From: Macrostomum lignano
Taxonomy: Eukaryota
Reading direction: 5' to 3'
DNA length: 64,000 bases
Assembly: GCA_002269645.1 (NCBI GenBank)
Contig: NIVC01003347.1
Span: 39,144 to 103,143, forward strand
Shown here: positions 11,998-24,600 of the stretch, in pieces
Numbering within the stretch: position 1 is the stretch's first letter
How the letters are laid out: every line of letters starts with the position of its first letter
Program-made: the position numbers and the translations under genes
The notes under the pieces: generated by a model
What the model was told of the DNA's origin: nothing
Seen by the model: only the letters and a program-made list of their open reading frames with translations
Database searches by the model: none

Positions 11998-13749
11998 CTA
12001 GCGGCGACCCGGCCTCCGATGAGACTTCGTCGGCAAACGCGGCCACAACTCCGGCCGGGGGCGGAAGGCGACGCAGGCCTCCTTCTCCCAGGGGTCGAGC
12101 AGGTTCGCCCGCTCCGCTGCTGACGAGGAGACCACAACGGCCGGGGCAGACGCGGAGGCGGCATCGTCAACTACGTCACCGTCATCAGCGTCTGCCGCCT
12201 CCGCGCCGACACCACCGCGGGTGCTTAGGTAGAAGAACTCCAACACCTCAACCACGAAGGCAGCAGTGAGGCCGATGCACAAAGAGCAGAGACCGCCGAT
12301 CCGACTGAGCAAGATATTGACATCTAACGTCAACTTCTCTTTTTTCATCGTCATGTCCCAATTTCGGCGCCTAATTTTGATGTAAGTGTAAGCGTTCTGC
12401 TGCGACAGGTACTTGGTGTACTCGCTGGACGCGATGTCGGATATGTTTCTCTTCACTCTATAGAAGAATTCGGCATCGTTCACCTGTGATTGCCGGTACA
12501 GATTTCCCCATTTGTAGTGCTCCGCTAGAGCGGCCAGCTTGCTAGACGATGGCACCCACTTAGCAATTGACAAAGCGGTCTCATATGTTGAGTAGGTGCA
12601 CCTCGGCAGACAGCTGATTGAAAGGTTTCGCTTCAGCAGCTCCATATCCTCCAGGTAGTTTCCGGCGCATTGTAAGCGGCTATTGACTTGTCTCAGATAG
12701 TCCAGCCTAGTGTTGCCGTCGCCACCGCCAGTAACGTCGGTGCAGTACGGAACTTTGTTGTCAGGCATCCGCAGCACTGGCCATAAAGTTGACTGACAGC
12801 CGCAATTGTCTATAAAGTGCTTTTGAAGTTTGGCATTCACGCACTGGTGATAGTTTCCGGTGTACTTGCGCTCCAGGTGGCGCACATGTGGCTGGTTGTC
12901 CCGGCAGGCCCGCTTCGGCGTGGCCAATTTGCTCCAGCTGGTGGTGCCGTAGCTGATTTCGTTCATTCGGCCTGGCTCAACGTTGAAGCCGCTCTGGGCG
13001 AAGTCGGGGATTGTGTTTCTCTCGTGAATCGTCACTTTGACGCCTTCACCGCGTGTTAGCACATCGTATAGGAAGCTGCGACTCATCTGGGGCAGCTTTT
13101 CCATCGGCACAAGCGACATGATAACGATAATAGATTCGAACTCCCGACTGAATGTGACATTGTCTGCGTCCACTGTAAAACAGTTGAAGAACTCACCGTA
13201 GGAGAAAAGGCGTACCGAGACCTGGATGCCTGGGATCTCGCAGTTGTCGGCAATGTACTGCTGGCCGCCCATAACCACCACACAGAAGAAGAGGCTGCTG
13301 CGATTGTGACCGATCATAATTGTCTCGTTAAACGGCAACTGCTGATAGTAGGTTTCGATATTGTCGTATGCGTACATCAGTTTCAAGTTTTCCAGATTAT
13401 TAGCTAGTGCCAGCCCAGTGACGTCCTTGAGCATCTTTTGGAATCGCAGGGGACTCATGACAGCGCCTGAGTCCCACAAGTTCTGTGCCTCGTAGCTGAA
13501 CGGGCTGTGCGCGCACAGAGTGAACGAAGGAAACTCGGGCTTAACGTCGAACGCAGTGGACGTGTGCCAGGCAGTGTCGTAGTTGAGAAAATCCTTCACT
13601 AGGAAGGCGGACACGATCACCAGCACCAGCGTCATCACAACAACAAACGATAGCCAGAGTATCTTTATAAACGGCGACCGGGCCTTTAGGATTTTCTGCA
13701 CGCCCCTAATTGAGGAGCCTTCGCAGAAAAGTCTCCAACGGCTGGCCAT
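11998..13749 (-). CDS. DEG/ENaC (amiloride-sensitive sodium channel family) subunit, uninterrupted coding exon
   Basis: N-terminal CEGSSIRGVQKI (HG-motif position), TM1 ILWLSFVVVMTLVLVIVSAFLV, FPSFTLC, GEFFNCFTV, Cys-rich thumb (YHQC..CGC..CLPRC) and TM2 LLSRIGGLCSLCIGLTAAFVVEVLEFFY. First true ATG is at 13749; the frame stays open to 13923 behind an acceptor-like tttttgatcag, so an upstream exon is possible. Confidence 0.88.
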   Translation of the reverse strand: MASRWRLFCEGSSIRGVQKILKARSPFIKILWLSFVVVMTLVLVIVSAFLVKDFLNYDTAWHTSTAFDVKPEFPSFTLCAHSPFSYEAQNLWDSGAVMSPLRFQKMLKDVTGLALANNLENLKLMYAYDNIETYYQQLPFNETIMIGHNRSSLFFCVVVMGGQQYIADNCEIPGIQVSVRLFSYGEFFNCFTVDADNVTFSREFESIIVIMSLVPMEKLPQMSRSFLYDVLTRGEGVKVTIHERNTIPDFAQSGFNVEPGRMNEISYGTTSWSKLATPKRACRDNQPHVRHLERKYTGNYHQCVNAKLQKHFIDNCGCQSTLWPVLRMPDNKVPYCTDVTGGGDGNTRLDYLRQVNSRLQCAGNYLEDMELLKRNLSISCLPRCTYSTYETALSIAKWVPSSSKLAALAEHYKWGNLYRQSQVNDAEFFYRVKRNISDIASSEYTKYLSQQNAYTYIKIRRRNWDMTMKKEKLTLDVNILLSRIGGLCSLCIGLTAAFVVEVLEFFYLSTRGGVGAEAADADDGDVVDDAASASAPAVVVSSSAAERANLLDPWEKEACVAFRPRPELWPRLPTKSHRRPGRR

Positions 13750-16700
13750 TGTCCGACAGATTGTTCGGCACTCAGTGCCAGCAGCAGTCGCAGTCGCCGC
13801 CACCGTTGCCGCTTGAGATCGATCACCTGACGGATCGGGTGAAGCCACCAGTGCGACTGCAGGGACACGGCCTGGGTTTAAATACAGAGTAGGGTGGGCG
13901 GGTTTGAATGGCTGACTGATCAAAAAAGAAGTACGTAAGCAGAGTTTTCTGAATTGTAGTCCCAGAGTTTGAGACGCATTGGGTCATTGATATTCTCATG
14001 ATGCATGATTGGTCGGCACACGGTAGCCAGTAGGTGTTGCCAAGAAAGAGGCGGCACTTGATTGAGAAGCAGACTACCCTATGGCTATTCGTCCCTTACA
14101 ACAGTGGTAATGAAGTTTTCTCAACTAACAGTTTTTTATAGTCATATATTCTCTTTTTTATTCACTGCTGCGAATTTAACTGCGCCAAAAAAGCCTTCAA
14201 GCGGACACTTCGAAAGAGTAGTGGCTGCACCAGAAAAAAACAGGATGAATTTAAACTTAAATTCAATACAGTATCAACAGTTTATAAATAAACAGTTTTA
14301 TCAGATACAAATTCAAATGATTTGAAAGCATGCGAAATTCAGAAATTCAACTGTAGGGGCAGATTTCTGTTTGTCGGCGCCGTCAGAGAAACAGATAATG
14401 GAAACGAGATGCTTCAATATTTAATGTTAATAACATTACCTCTGGAATGGAGATAATTTTTTAAAAGCCCTGCACCTCCAAGTTAGTAATGCAGTGCCGT
14501 CTTTTCCTTGCAGAAAATATCTTATTTGACCATTACGAGCTAAAACAAAAAAATCAGAGCTACACATCCAGCAATGCGGAGCTCGGATCTGTGGCGCTGG
14601 AATTGAATTCCCATCCAGAGCATGTGGAGTTTGTATGTACGAGAAAATGTCCCATCCTTGCCGACACACCAAAGGCATTACTAATTGATGGTGCGTCTCC
14701 GTCCTTCGTCGCAGTAGGACAGGCAAGTGTAGACAGCCAGCCTACTTGTTAAAGACAACTTGCTGTTGGCAGTCCAGGGCAAAACTCATGGGAGCTAAGA
14801 AGCTCATCTAGAGCAGGGAATTCTAACTCAAGATTGATTGCGTCCCAGCAGTTTATAAGCTGAGTGGAAATTTAGTTTGGGTAGATTTGCACCATATCAT
14901 TATCAATTCAAAGTTCTTTTAGCAGCGTCTTCCTTTAAAAAACCTCCCCCCTCGACAGAACTCCAATTCCGAATCAGGCAGCCAAAGTACGAGCGGAGGG
15001 CGTCTCTCCTTTTGCTTTTGCTTCTCCCGACTGCCCCCCATCCGAGCTTTGCCTTTGGATTCTCAAGAATCCATTTAGTTGTGAAAGCTCCCAGATTAGT
15101 TTATCTTGTCCTACTGGTATCTACTATCGGGGCTTAGTAGTGAGTACTTTCCTAGAAATTTTCCGATCTAAGACAAGTCTTCGAGCTCAGCGAGGCCCTG
15201 CTGAGCAGGATAGGCTTTCATTGAAGCACTGAATTTTTTATTGCATTGTCTCGATTGTGTGCCACCATCTGACCAGAAATCCCGAGAAATCAGCCGAATT
15301 CGGGAGAAGCAGCTGCTTCAGGTGGACAAATATGAGGCCTCTATATTCTACATCAATTTCCAATCATCTTCTAGAAAGAAATCCGCTTGCACGTCTCAGC
15401 GAAAGGCTTCGGGTAGTAGTATAAATATTGAGCATCCCCTTAATCCCAGACATTTCCCACTCTCCACTCTGCTACACTGAATGCAGTATCGATCTGGTGC
15501 ACTTTTTGCCATTTTCCAAAGAGAAGCGGCCAACTGCGTTCTCACTCTCATTTCGTCCGCGTTTGCCTAAAAAGGTGTTTTCTGCCTTCTGCCTCGCTTT
15601 TCTCACCCAGCCTTCTAGAAGCAAAAGAAAATTTTAATTGCAAAGCCACCCGCTGACAAGAGCTGAGGCTGCAGGTCTTTTTATTCTGCCTCGCTTTGCA
15701 TCTTTCTTTGTTGCTGCAGACGTCTGCGCAGCTTTAAAGCAGGTGTTGAGAGCGGAGGACGCCCCAAATGAAGTTTTGGAGTTCTCCCTACCAGCTACTG
15801 CAGCAGGTTCTGCCGCAACTGCCCCAAGTCCTACGCTATGCGTGTAGCGCAATCTTTGCTGTCAGACTGTTGCAAATGAGCATGCAGAGGCCCGGGGTGG
15901 AATAAAACCCAGTATTTTAGGGGGAAGCATTATTTCTGTTTGACGTAAGGAGACAATGAGTTCTGTCTCTTTTAATGGCGCTTGCAATAAAAAATGTCAA
16001 AGGTGTTCAGATCGCAGCCGAAACTAGCGGGCACGGTATCCATGCACTCACGTTCAATTAATTCCATTCCGCTCATTCTGTACAGAACTAAAACAATTGT
16101 CAATGGTCCTAATTTCACTTCAACTCCTAAGTTGATAGTTGAATTCAACCATAGTTGAGATTTCCCATTTGGCAGCTGTAGATTTGGTTTTGACCATAGA
16201 CATAGACGCAAAAAGGGCAAATTCGGCCATAGACATCAGCACAAAGAAGGATGCCGGTAGCATCCTCTATCATAGAATATAAATCATGCTTAAAGACCGG
16301 CTTCCATTCAGTAAAGAGCAAAATTTAAACAGAGAGCAAATACAGAACAGTGCTTTTAGAACGCTAATGCATCCGCCCCTATCCAAGCTAAAGAGAGAGA
16401 GTTGCCATATTCGGAATTAATTTTGTCACCTTCGGGGTTGAAAAGGTATTTTGGCCTTTAATCACTTTTTCATTGTTAATAATTTTTTCCTTATTTTAAA
16501 TCAGGATAAAATACGACTACAAGGCAGGCCTCGGTAAGCAGGATGTCCCTGGTCAAAAGACGCTTAGTTTATGACATAGTCTATCAGTTTAGTACTAAAC
16601 CGAGTACCCCAACTCAAGGAGTTCTATAGTTAGCATCTGGAGTAAAATATAAAAATGCCTTCGTGATTTCAGTGATTTTTGTCCTAACTAGCTGAAGAGA

Positions 16701-18660
16701 AGGACAGCAAGCTAGGTTCTTTCTTTTCGATTAAGTTGCTCGCGCTAAATCAGTAGCATGGTCAACCAATGCAACGCTTTCAAATGTCCAAACAAACCCA
16801 AAGGAGTCGGAACACCAAAGGACATATCATTTCATTCATTCCCACTGAGCAATCCAAAAAGCCAATTCAATATAATATTTTGAGCCAAAAAAGCACTTTT
16901 GGATGTGCTCACTGACTCTCGATGACTTCTTGATCGAATCGACTCAAGACAGCAGTGCTAATTCCTAGCATTTTTCCAAAGGTCCACAACCTGTTCGCTA
17001 CTAATATCTAAAAAATAAGCTCGTTCTGAAAAGCTCGTTTCCACTCCAGATGCTAATTATAGAACTCCTTGGTTCCGCTAATCATAAGTGCTTGCTAATG
17101 CGTTTTATCTCGCTTGAGCTCTCTGCAGCCTGTCCTCTTAGTATTAGCATATTTCACACAGATTTTCTGAAGTCGAACTCAATTCGTTGCCAGTCTCAAT
17201 CAGTATGTAGAATTTTTCCGTGACTACTGGAAACGAAATGTCGTAATAAACATTGCCAGCTTCCCACTGAACTGTCTAAGCTGATTTTACGAACAGCGGT
17301 ATTCATGTCACGAGGCATCTACCAAAAAGCAAGGAAGACAAAAAGCATTAATTACCATGCGTGACGGAGATACCATTCTGTGATAGTATGTTAGTTCAAA
17401 ACATCTGTGTATACCGAATAACTGCGGTGCAGGTAATTTTTTCTCGTGAGCAAAAAGCAATGAATAGGGACTCAAAAACAGAAAAAAACTCCCCCAGCTC
17501 TCACCGTCAGCCTTCACTTCCTGAGCTTTAGCGCTGTGCTCCAAAGCATGCAGCATGCCCGGTCCTGGGCTGTTGAGGCCACTCGTCCAGAAAAAATTAA
17601 AAAAATAGACAAAAAATATTTTTCAACGAGGGATGGCAAAGTGAAGCAGCAGACCAGAGGCTGGGTTTGCCAGAATGCGATGCATTGCTGTTCAGCTAGC
17701 TGATATACTTTTGCAGCTCTGGAGGCTGGGGTGATGAGGGTACTGTGAATCTGCTCCCGCATCTCGTGCCTTCCACCATACAAACTGTCAGCAGCCATGT
17801 CTGCTCAGCGGCCTGTGGCTGAGGCACAGCCTATCGGCACTCGCCTCATTCTCTCACGTCTCATGCCCGCTGTAGACTTGTCTTCTTGCGTCTCTGGCCG
17901 CTGTCTGTCTCAAATTTAGGGCTCTATGGTGACCTTTTTAGAGGTGATCCAGCTCGTTATACTCTGATTCAATTTAATAGAGTGTGTGATAAGTTGAATT
18001 GGCGTGAAATCGGCTAAAATAGGTAGTGAAATAGATGGGGAGCTCATGGTCCCGGCTTCTCCCAAATGCTTGAGTGTTTCAACCGTGCTCAGAGTCTCTT
18101 TCAGTTCTGCGCCAAAATTCAGAGAAATGAAACACAGAACAATAGGAGAAGAGTGCACAGGTAATAGGAATCAGAATTTCCCTGCAGTTTTAGCCTATCT
18201 GGTCATTTAATATGCAGGTTTTTGATCTGTCAATTTAATTCAATTTAATTGAATTACTCAATTTGTTTTATTGGATTTGAATGTCGAATTGAGACTCAGT
18301 GCAGTAAGAGCTCAAAACTTGTGCCTTGTTCTCTTGCACCTTTGCTCGATCTGTGTGATATCGGGGTTCCGTCAGTCCCCGAATGAAAGATCCGCCTCAG
18401 AACCTGAAGTCAGGGGGAACCAGACAGGGGGAGTTCAAGTCAAAGAGTGCAAATCCTGCAGTGCACTATATCTGGACATCTCAGAGCTCATTGAGTTAGT
18501 TTCCGTCCAATACTGTATTTTAATAAATGACGCAATTCGTTGATCAGTGGAACAGTTTGTTTGAACTAAAGCTATTCAGGTAATGAGTATATCAAGCTGA
18601 TCGCATTAACATAGCGGCAGTCGCTGGCTGGTTGTGAACGATCTTCACACAATTCGAATT

Positions 18661-21600
18661 TCACCAGGCTGATCGGACCGCATAATGACTGCATAGTTGA
18701 GCTACTGCTTCTGCGGTCTCTGCTTCTCGATTGACGCCGCCTGGTCGGCGCCCGCTCCTGAATTGGTCAATTTGGTGCTGCAAAACTTTTCTACGTCATT
18801 GAGATTGCTCAGAAAATAAATTAAACTCAAGTGAAGATTAGCTAACTTCGCTTTTTTCAAGTCGCAGGTGAATCTTCTGCCGCTTTCTATGCCTAAATCA
18901 CAGATAAAGGGAGAAGGGACTAAAGAAAGAACTTGATGAAGTGGGTGAAAATTTTCTGATTGAAACCTGACGGACCACTTACCGTCAGCTCCAGCTTCCG
19001 CCGTTTGCTGTTGCCTTTTGTTGCGGCTGGCGTCGTGTCCCCGCCGCCATTGTCGCAGCTGCCGCCGCGGCCGCTGTCATCGTTGGAGCCGTCTGTGGAC
19101 CGGAGGCTGGCAAAGTCTGGCGGAGGCGGGCTTTCCCGCTGCTGCTTGTAGAAGAGGCTGCGGCTCTGCTGGGTTCAGTGTGACAAGACGGGCATTGCGT
19201 GGGACCGACTGCATAGGGTTTATGGTTTCAGTGACTACTGTTAAACAAATAGGATGGAATATTGGATAAATTTCACTCGCAGGCGCTCTGTTCTACTCAT
19301 AGTATGCGTTCGCAATATCGAATTAAAAATCGAAAAATTACTCATATTTCTGCAACAACGGCTAGATAAGAATTGCTTTTTGGTCAACTTAAAAAACTTT
19401 CCCTAAACTTCGCCATGATTTAATCCGCTGCTATTTTATTCCAGCAAATTTAATATGAAAGACGTGACAGTCATGACGTTGGCCTAATGAATAATATACA
19501 AGTGAATTCAAGCAGGTAACTTTTCTCCTGACCTGACGGTGCGCAGCCTGTCTGCCTGTCATCGGGACGCTGGCCTCATCGTCCTCAAATTCTTGGCGGG
19601 CTGTCGGGCCTCGGCTGAACAGAGGACGCCGGGTTTGGCTCCTGCCCGATGCAGTGCCTGCGGCTGAGGGAATGCGAATTGAAGTGCCGGTTTGACATCC
19701 CCACTGTTTTTTGTTGATAAAAATAATATAAATATAATGACTGACTACACATGCCCTAATGGGCAGGTGTGCAACCGACAGCTCAGTAGCAGCCATTGCG
19801 CGGCGCATCTGAAGGCTGCGTACGGCTGGTCAGTCCAAGGACTGGGGGGGGGGGGGTCGCCACACACCCTCAATTACCCCAGCTAATGCTGGCACCCATT
19901 TTACAGCTGGGTGAGCTGAAGCAATGCAGAGTTAATTGTCTTGCTCAAGGACACAATTTGTTCCGAGTGAGTCGAGAATCGAACCCCCGACATTCCAGTC
20001 GCGAGTCCTTCGGGTTTACTTCAGACACTACTGAAAGTAGCATTTAATCATTTATGCACAATACTTTATTTGAGCAATGCAGTCAGAACCAATAGGCGAA
20101 CAAAGGTCTGGACAAGCCGGCGTAAGGAAGAATGCTGTATTTTGACATGGCCATTACGCTTTGTGCTGTGGAGTTGTAATTTGGCATGGCCGTTATGCTC
20201 TTGTGCTGTGGAGTTGTAATTTGGCATGGCCGTTATGCTCTTGTGCTGTGGAGTTGTAATTTCGCATGCCCGTTATGCTCTGTCCTGTAGCTGTACTAAA
20301 AGGCTAAAGATAAGAACGATCACAATGCCAATTTTCCAGCTTATTTGCCTACCTATCCGCGTAGAAGTCGAGAATTTAAGCTTCATCTTTTCACTAATTA
20401 GAACAGATACGCCAATTTCAGTCCCAATGCCCTGCTCCATGCTAATCTCTTCATTAACCTGGAAGGGCATTAGCATTAGTGAAGCACCCGGATAAGCGCC
20501 ATGGGTGCATTCCGCTGCTTAATCCCGCGCCCATGTCTGTTTGCCGCTAATTCTGATTGCTAGCTGCAGGAGACGAGCAGGTCGAAAGCAGCTCTCCCGG
20601 TGCCCAGATAATCCAGCCATACGAAACAGAGTTTAATCAGTAAGTCGCCCCTAGCACCGGAAGGCATCCTCGATATGAGCGCTTTCATGGAGACTGAATA
20701 TCATTTTGAAAAAGTCATTCCCAGCCTGTAATTCCTGCAATAACTGGCTCTAAAACCTGATGGACAGATTGCTGGGCAAACTGGAGACTGAAGTACACTA
20801 TATTTTTCAGATTCCCGCAGAATGTTTAAAATTTACAGATCTCTGAAGCTATTTAGTTACATTTAAGATGCATATTTAAGATACATATAAATCCACTTTC
20901 CTCTTAATTCAAATACAGTTGTGGCAAATCTGGACAGCTGAAATCTGAACTCACCAATGCAGCGGCGGCGGCACGAGATGACCAGCAAGCCCGTGACGAG
21001 AACCAGCAGGAAGGCTGCAGTCGCGAACACGAGTCCCGCGATCACAATAAAGCCATCGGTGCCCGCTGTTCCTGGGCCACTGACATCCCCGTCAGAGTGA
21101 AGCACTCGCTCGGTTCGAACGAATTCTACATCGAGCGACTGAACATCTTCGAGCGGAGGCTGACCGAGATCTCGCACCATCAGAGTCAGCCGAATTGGCT
21201 GGGCGGCGAGTTCTGGCGCCAACGGTCGGACCAGAATGACCTGGCCGGTGTCCGCGTCGACGTGAAAGGCCGAATCTTTCGGAGCCAGCAGGCTGAACCG
21301 GAACCGCCCATTGGCGCCGCTGTCTGCGTCCGTGGCCAGCAGCTGCGCCACTCTGCCTGCCACTGGGACTCCGCCGGCTGGCAGGCGGATCGTCCGGTTC
21401 CACCGCGACGGGAACAGAAACTGAGGTCGGTTGTCGTTGACATCGTCGACCTCTACTACCACTGCGGTAGCCGCTGTACAGGGAGGCTGCCCGGAGTCGG
21501 CCACCTCAACACCAAACTGGAAGCGGCGATGGCGCTCTCTGTCCAGCGGGTTCAAGAGAACCAGCAGACCGTCCTGAGTCACGTTGAAGTGCCATTCGGC

Positions 21601-24600
21601 AGTTGAATCAGACTGGGCACTCGTTTGAGTGAGGCGGAAGCTGAGCCGCCCGTTCTCGCCAGTGTCCGCATCGCTGGCATTCAGCTGCCCGATGACGTGG
21701 CCTGCAAGGAGACGTGGTTTGCTCTACGGGTTGCATTGCGCACGGCCATGGTGCACTCGTAAGAAACTTGTACCTCAATTTTACTGACTCCTGATCCATT
21801 CCGCTGTTTCCTGAGCACATAGAAGAGCGCCAATACGCGGGCACGCAGTTGTACACACGCTCACACAGGGTGTACAGCGGCCCTGACTTTATAATCGTCA
21901 GGCATGTTCACTCTCTGTGCCTTGGGGGCTTGGACCTCATGACTGTTGAATCGCACGACAACTCCCTGGTCAATTTTCGCTGCTTTGTGCTGCTTCGGAG
22001 CTGCTATGGTTGCAGTGATTTCTCCAGTAGGATTTTTATCCCATAGCAGTGCAAACTGTGACGACTTGGGGGAACTTCTATATGAGTGAATCCAAGCAGT
22101 CTATCTGCCAGTGCAACAGCAGCTTGTGCACATTTGAATTCCCATGCAGTTTAAATCCCTTTTTCCAATTCTCATGAACGCTGACTGACTCAACTGCGAA
22201 GTAAAAAAGGATGAATAGGAGGAATTCGAGAGAGGGAAGACATGAGAGAGAGAGGGACTACTAGTATCAGATCCACGTCAGAAATCTGTTTCAACATTAG
22301 CCATAGCTCTTTATTGCTGTCACTCTGGATGCTGCGTGCAGCATAATTCTATTTATGCTTGCCATGGTTCCTGACCCGCGGATCTGATGTTATTCGGCAG
22401 ATAACCCACCAGTGGTCAATCACTTATTGCCGTTTACTCGTAAAAAGGCAGTATTCCTCCGCCTCCTCGCAATACTCAGTACCTACCCCTCCGAAAGTAT
22501 TTATTTTACTTTAAACATTTACCGCTTTACCAGAACAATCGAAATTGACATTGCAAACCGATTACACTAAGGTTCGAACTCAAGAGTATCCCCGTATATT
22601 GTAAACATTATGACCGTAAATATTGTTGTACAAAACCTTTAAAGGCTCTAAATAGTCCCTAAATATGTCCTGCGACCTTAGTGGGGATAGTTGCTATGGA
22701 AACGATGGGACAACCAGATAATGCGAATAAATGCGAATTTCATAAAATTTATCTTTGTACACTGCAACCACACCCAACATACTAATAGAATTGTGCCACA
22801 GACAGTTCGTACTCAATCTTACTCATTCACTGTCACTTGATTTGGTGTAAAACACTTACCACAGGCAGCATCTTCAGCCACGTGAAAGGCAAGACAGGCC
22901 GCAACAATGGGGCAATTGTCATTGTCATCCGTGACGTCAACGGTTACGAGGACAGATCCAGTAAGTCCTGGCCTTCCGGCATCCACAGCCAGTGCCATGA
23001 ACTGATGACGGGCCTGGGACTCCCGGTCCAGCCTCTTCAGCAACCGCACCGAACCATCAGTGGGTGAAAGCTCAAAAAACATTCGCGCGTTTGTGTCCGT
23101 GAGGTTGGAGTAGGTCTCAGCGTCCGCCATTTTATATGTGACTCTGCCGTTGTCGCCAGAATCTGGGTCTTCTGCTACTAGACGAAAGACAAATGCTGTT
23201 TTGGAACTGTTGTTGTCAGGCTGGGTTCTCTCATTCACGCTAAAGTGCAAGTGGCCCTTGCTAACAAAGTGAGGCGCATTGTCGTTGACGTCGGAAATCT
23301 CAACGCGAAGCGTCCTCTCTGCGGTGTTGGCCGGCTGTCCAAGGTCGCGGCACCGGATAGAGACGCTCACGGCGGCGCCGTCTGACTCGCGGTCGAACGA
23401 TCGCGAAGTTAATAACTTATAAAGCTGTGGCGGAGCGCCTTCTGGGTTCAGCGGTTCGAGCGCAAATGCGTCCAGCGGATCCTGCAGCCAGCAGGAAACC
23501 TTGGGTAAGGAATAAGACTTCTGAATTGATACCAACTTGATTCATGATAGTTCAACAATAGTAAAAAATGAATAATTATCTTTGACCCTATAGTATAGCC
23601 TCGGTAGGTACTTGAGCACCCCTTTGTGGGACAAAAGCAGAACCCCATTCGGTAGTATTGAGATATGCCTTTATGAAAAAAAAATTGAAAGTCCAAACGA
23701 AAAAACCATCGGAGTCCATGTACAAGTGCGTGGAATTTTAGTGCCTCTTGCGGCAGCTGGTTTGCGTTAAGGACAGAAAAAAGGAAACCCAGTTCTTCTC
23801 GGTCTTTCCGATGTTGCAAACGATTGTTCAAAGTATGACAACGAAACAGAAGAAATAAAAAAGCAAAAAAATCTGAAAATTTGAAACCTGGCCGTTGGTG
23901 CCCGAGTCGGCGTCAGTGACGGTAACTATGCTGACGGTACGGCGCGGCGGCTCATTCTCGGTCACGACAGGCCGCTCGGTGTTGACCAGAATGCGCGGCG
24001 CTTCATCATTGACGTCAACGATTTCAACGACTACCAACGTGGTGCCCTGGCGCGGGGCGCTTGGACTGCGGTCTTGGGCCATCAGCGAAAACTCGTGCTC
24101 CTGATTTTGCTCAAAGTCGAGGTTTCCGGTCACCCGAACGATGCCAGTGACCGGGTCCACCCTGAACAGAGACCGGACCCGGGCCGGTGCAAAAGCCGGG
24201 ATTGAGTACGTCACCTGACCGTTGACGCCAGCGTCCCCATCGATGGCTTTTACTTGCAGAACCTTAACAAAATTTTTGACAAATTTTTATTAAAGAATTA
24301 GCATTCCTACACCGGTAGTATGTTATGTTCTCAAATTCTTTGTAAACTGCAACCGATAGCTGCGGATCTACTTGTTATGGCTAATTATATAGCTAACAAA
24401 GGTGACGAAGGTGACGAAGGGAAAGAAGATGCATTTGGTAAAGTGTGGGGAGATTGAAATGGAAGGGGGGGGGCGCAGAAAGCTATTGTGGCTGCGCTGT
24501 CTCCATACTAAATTCTCAGCTACTCCTGGAAACAAAGAGAACCCTGCGGTCATTTGTAGCAGAGTTGTGAAGAGTGAGAAATCCCTAGCGAGGGCAATTC

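Noticed and set aside
11853-13892. Plus-strand and alternate-frame ORFs overlapping the DEG/ENaC, cadherin, ABCG and hnRNP L genes
   Set aside because: Shadow ORFs of GC-rich coding sequence with no recognisable domains.
19960-20035. tRNA gene suggested by a B-box (GGTTCGATTC)
   Set aside because: No cloverleaf, and it continues into a CORE-like body, so it is a SINE head rather than a tRNA gene.
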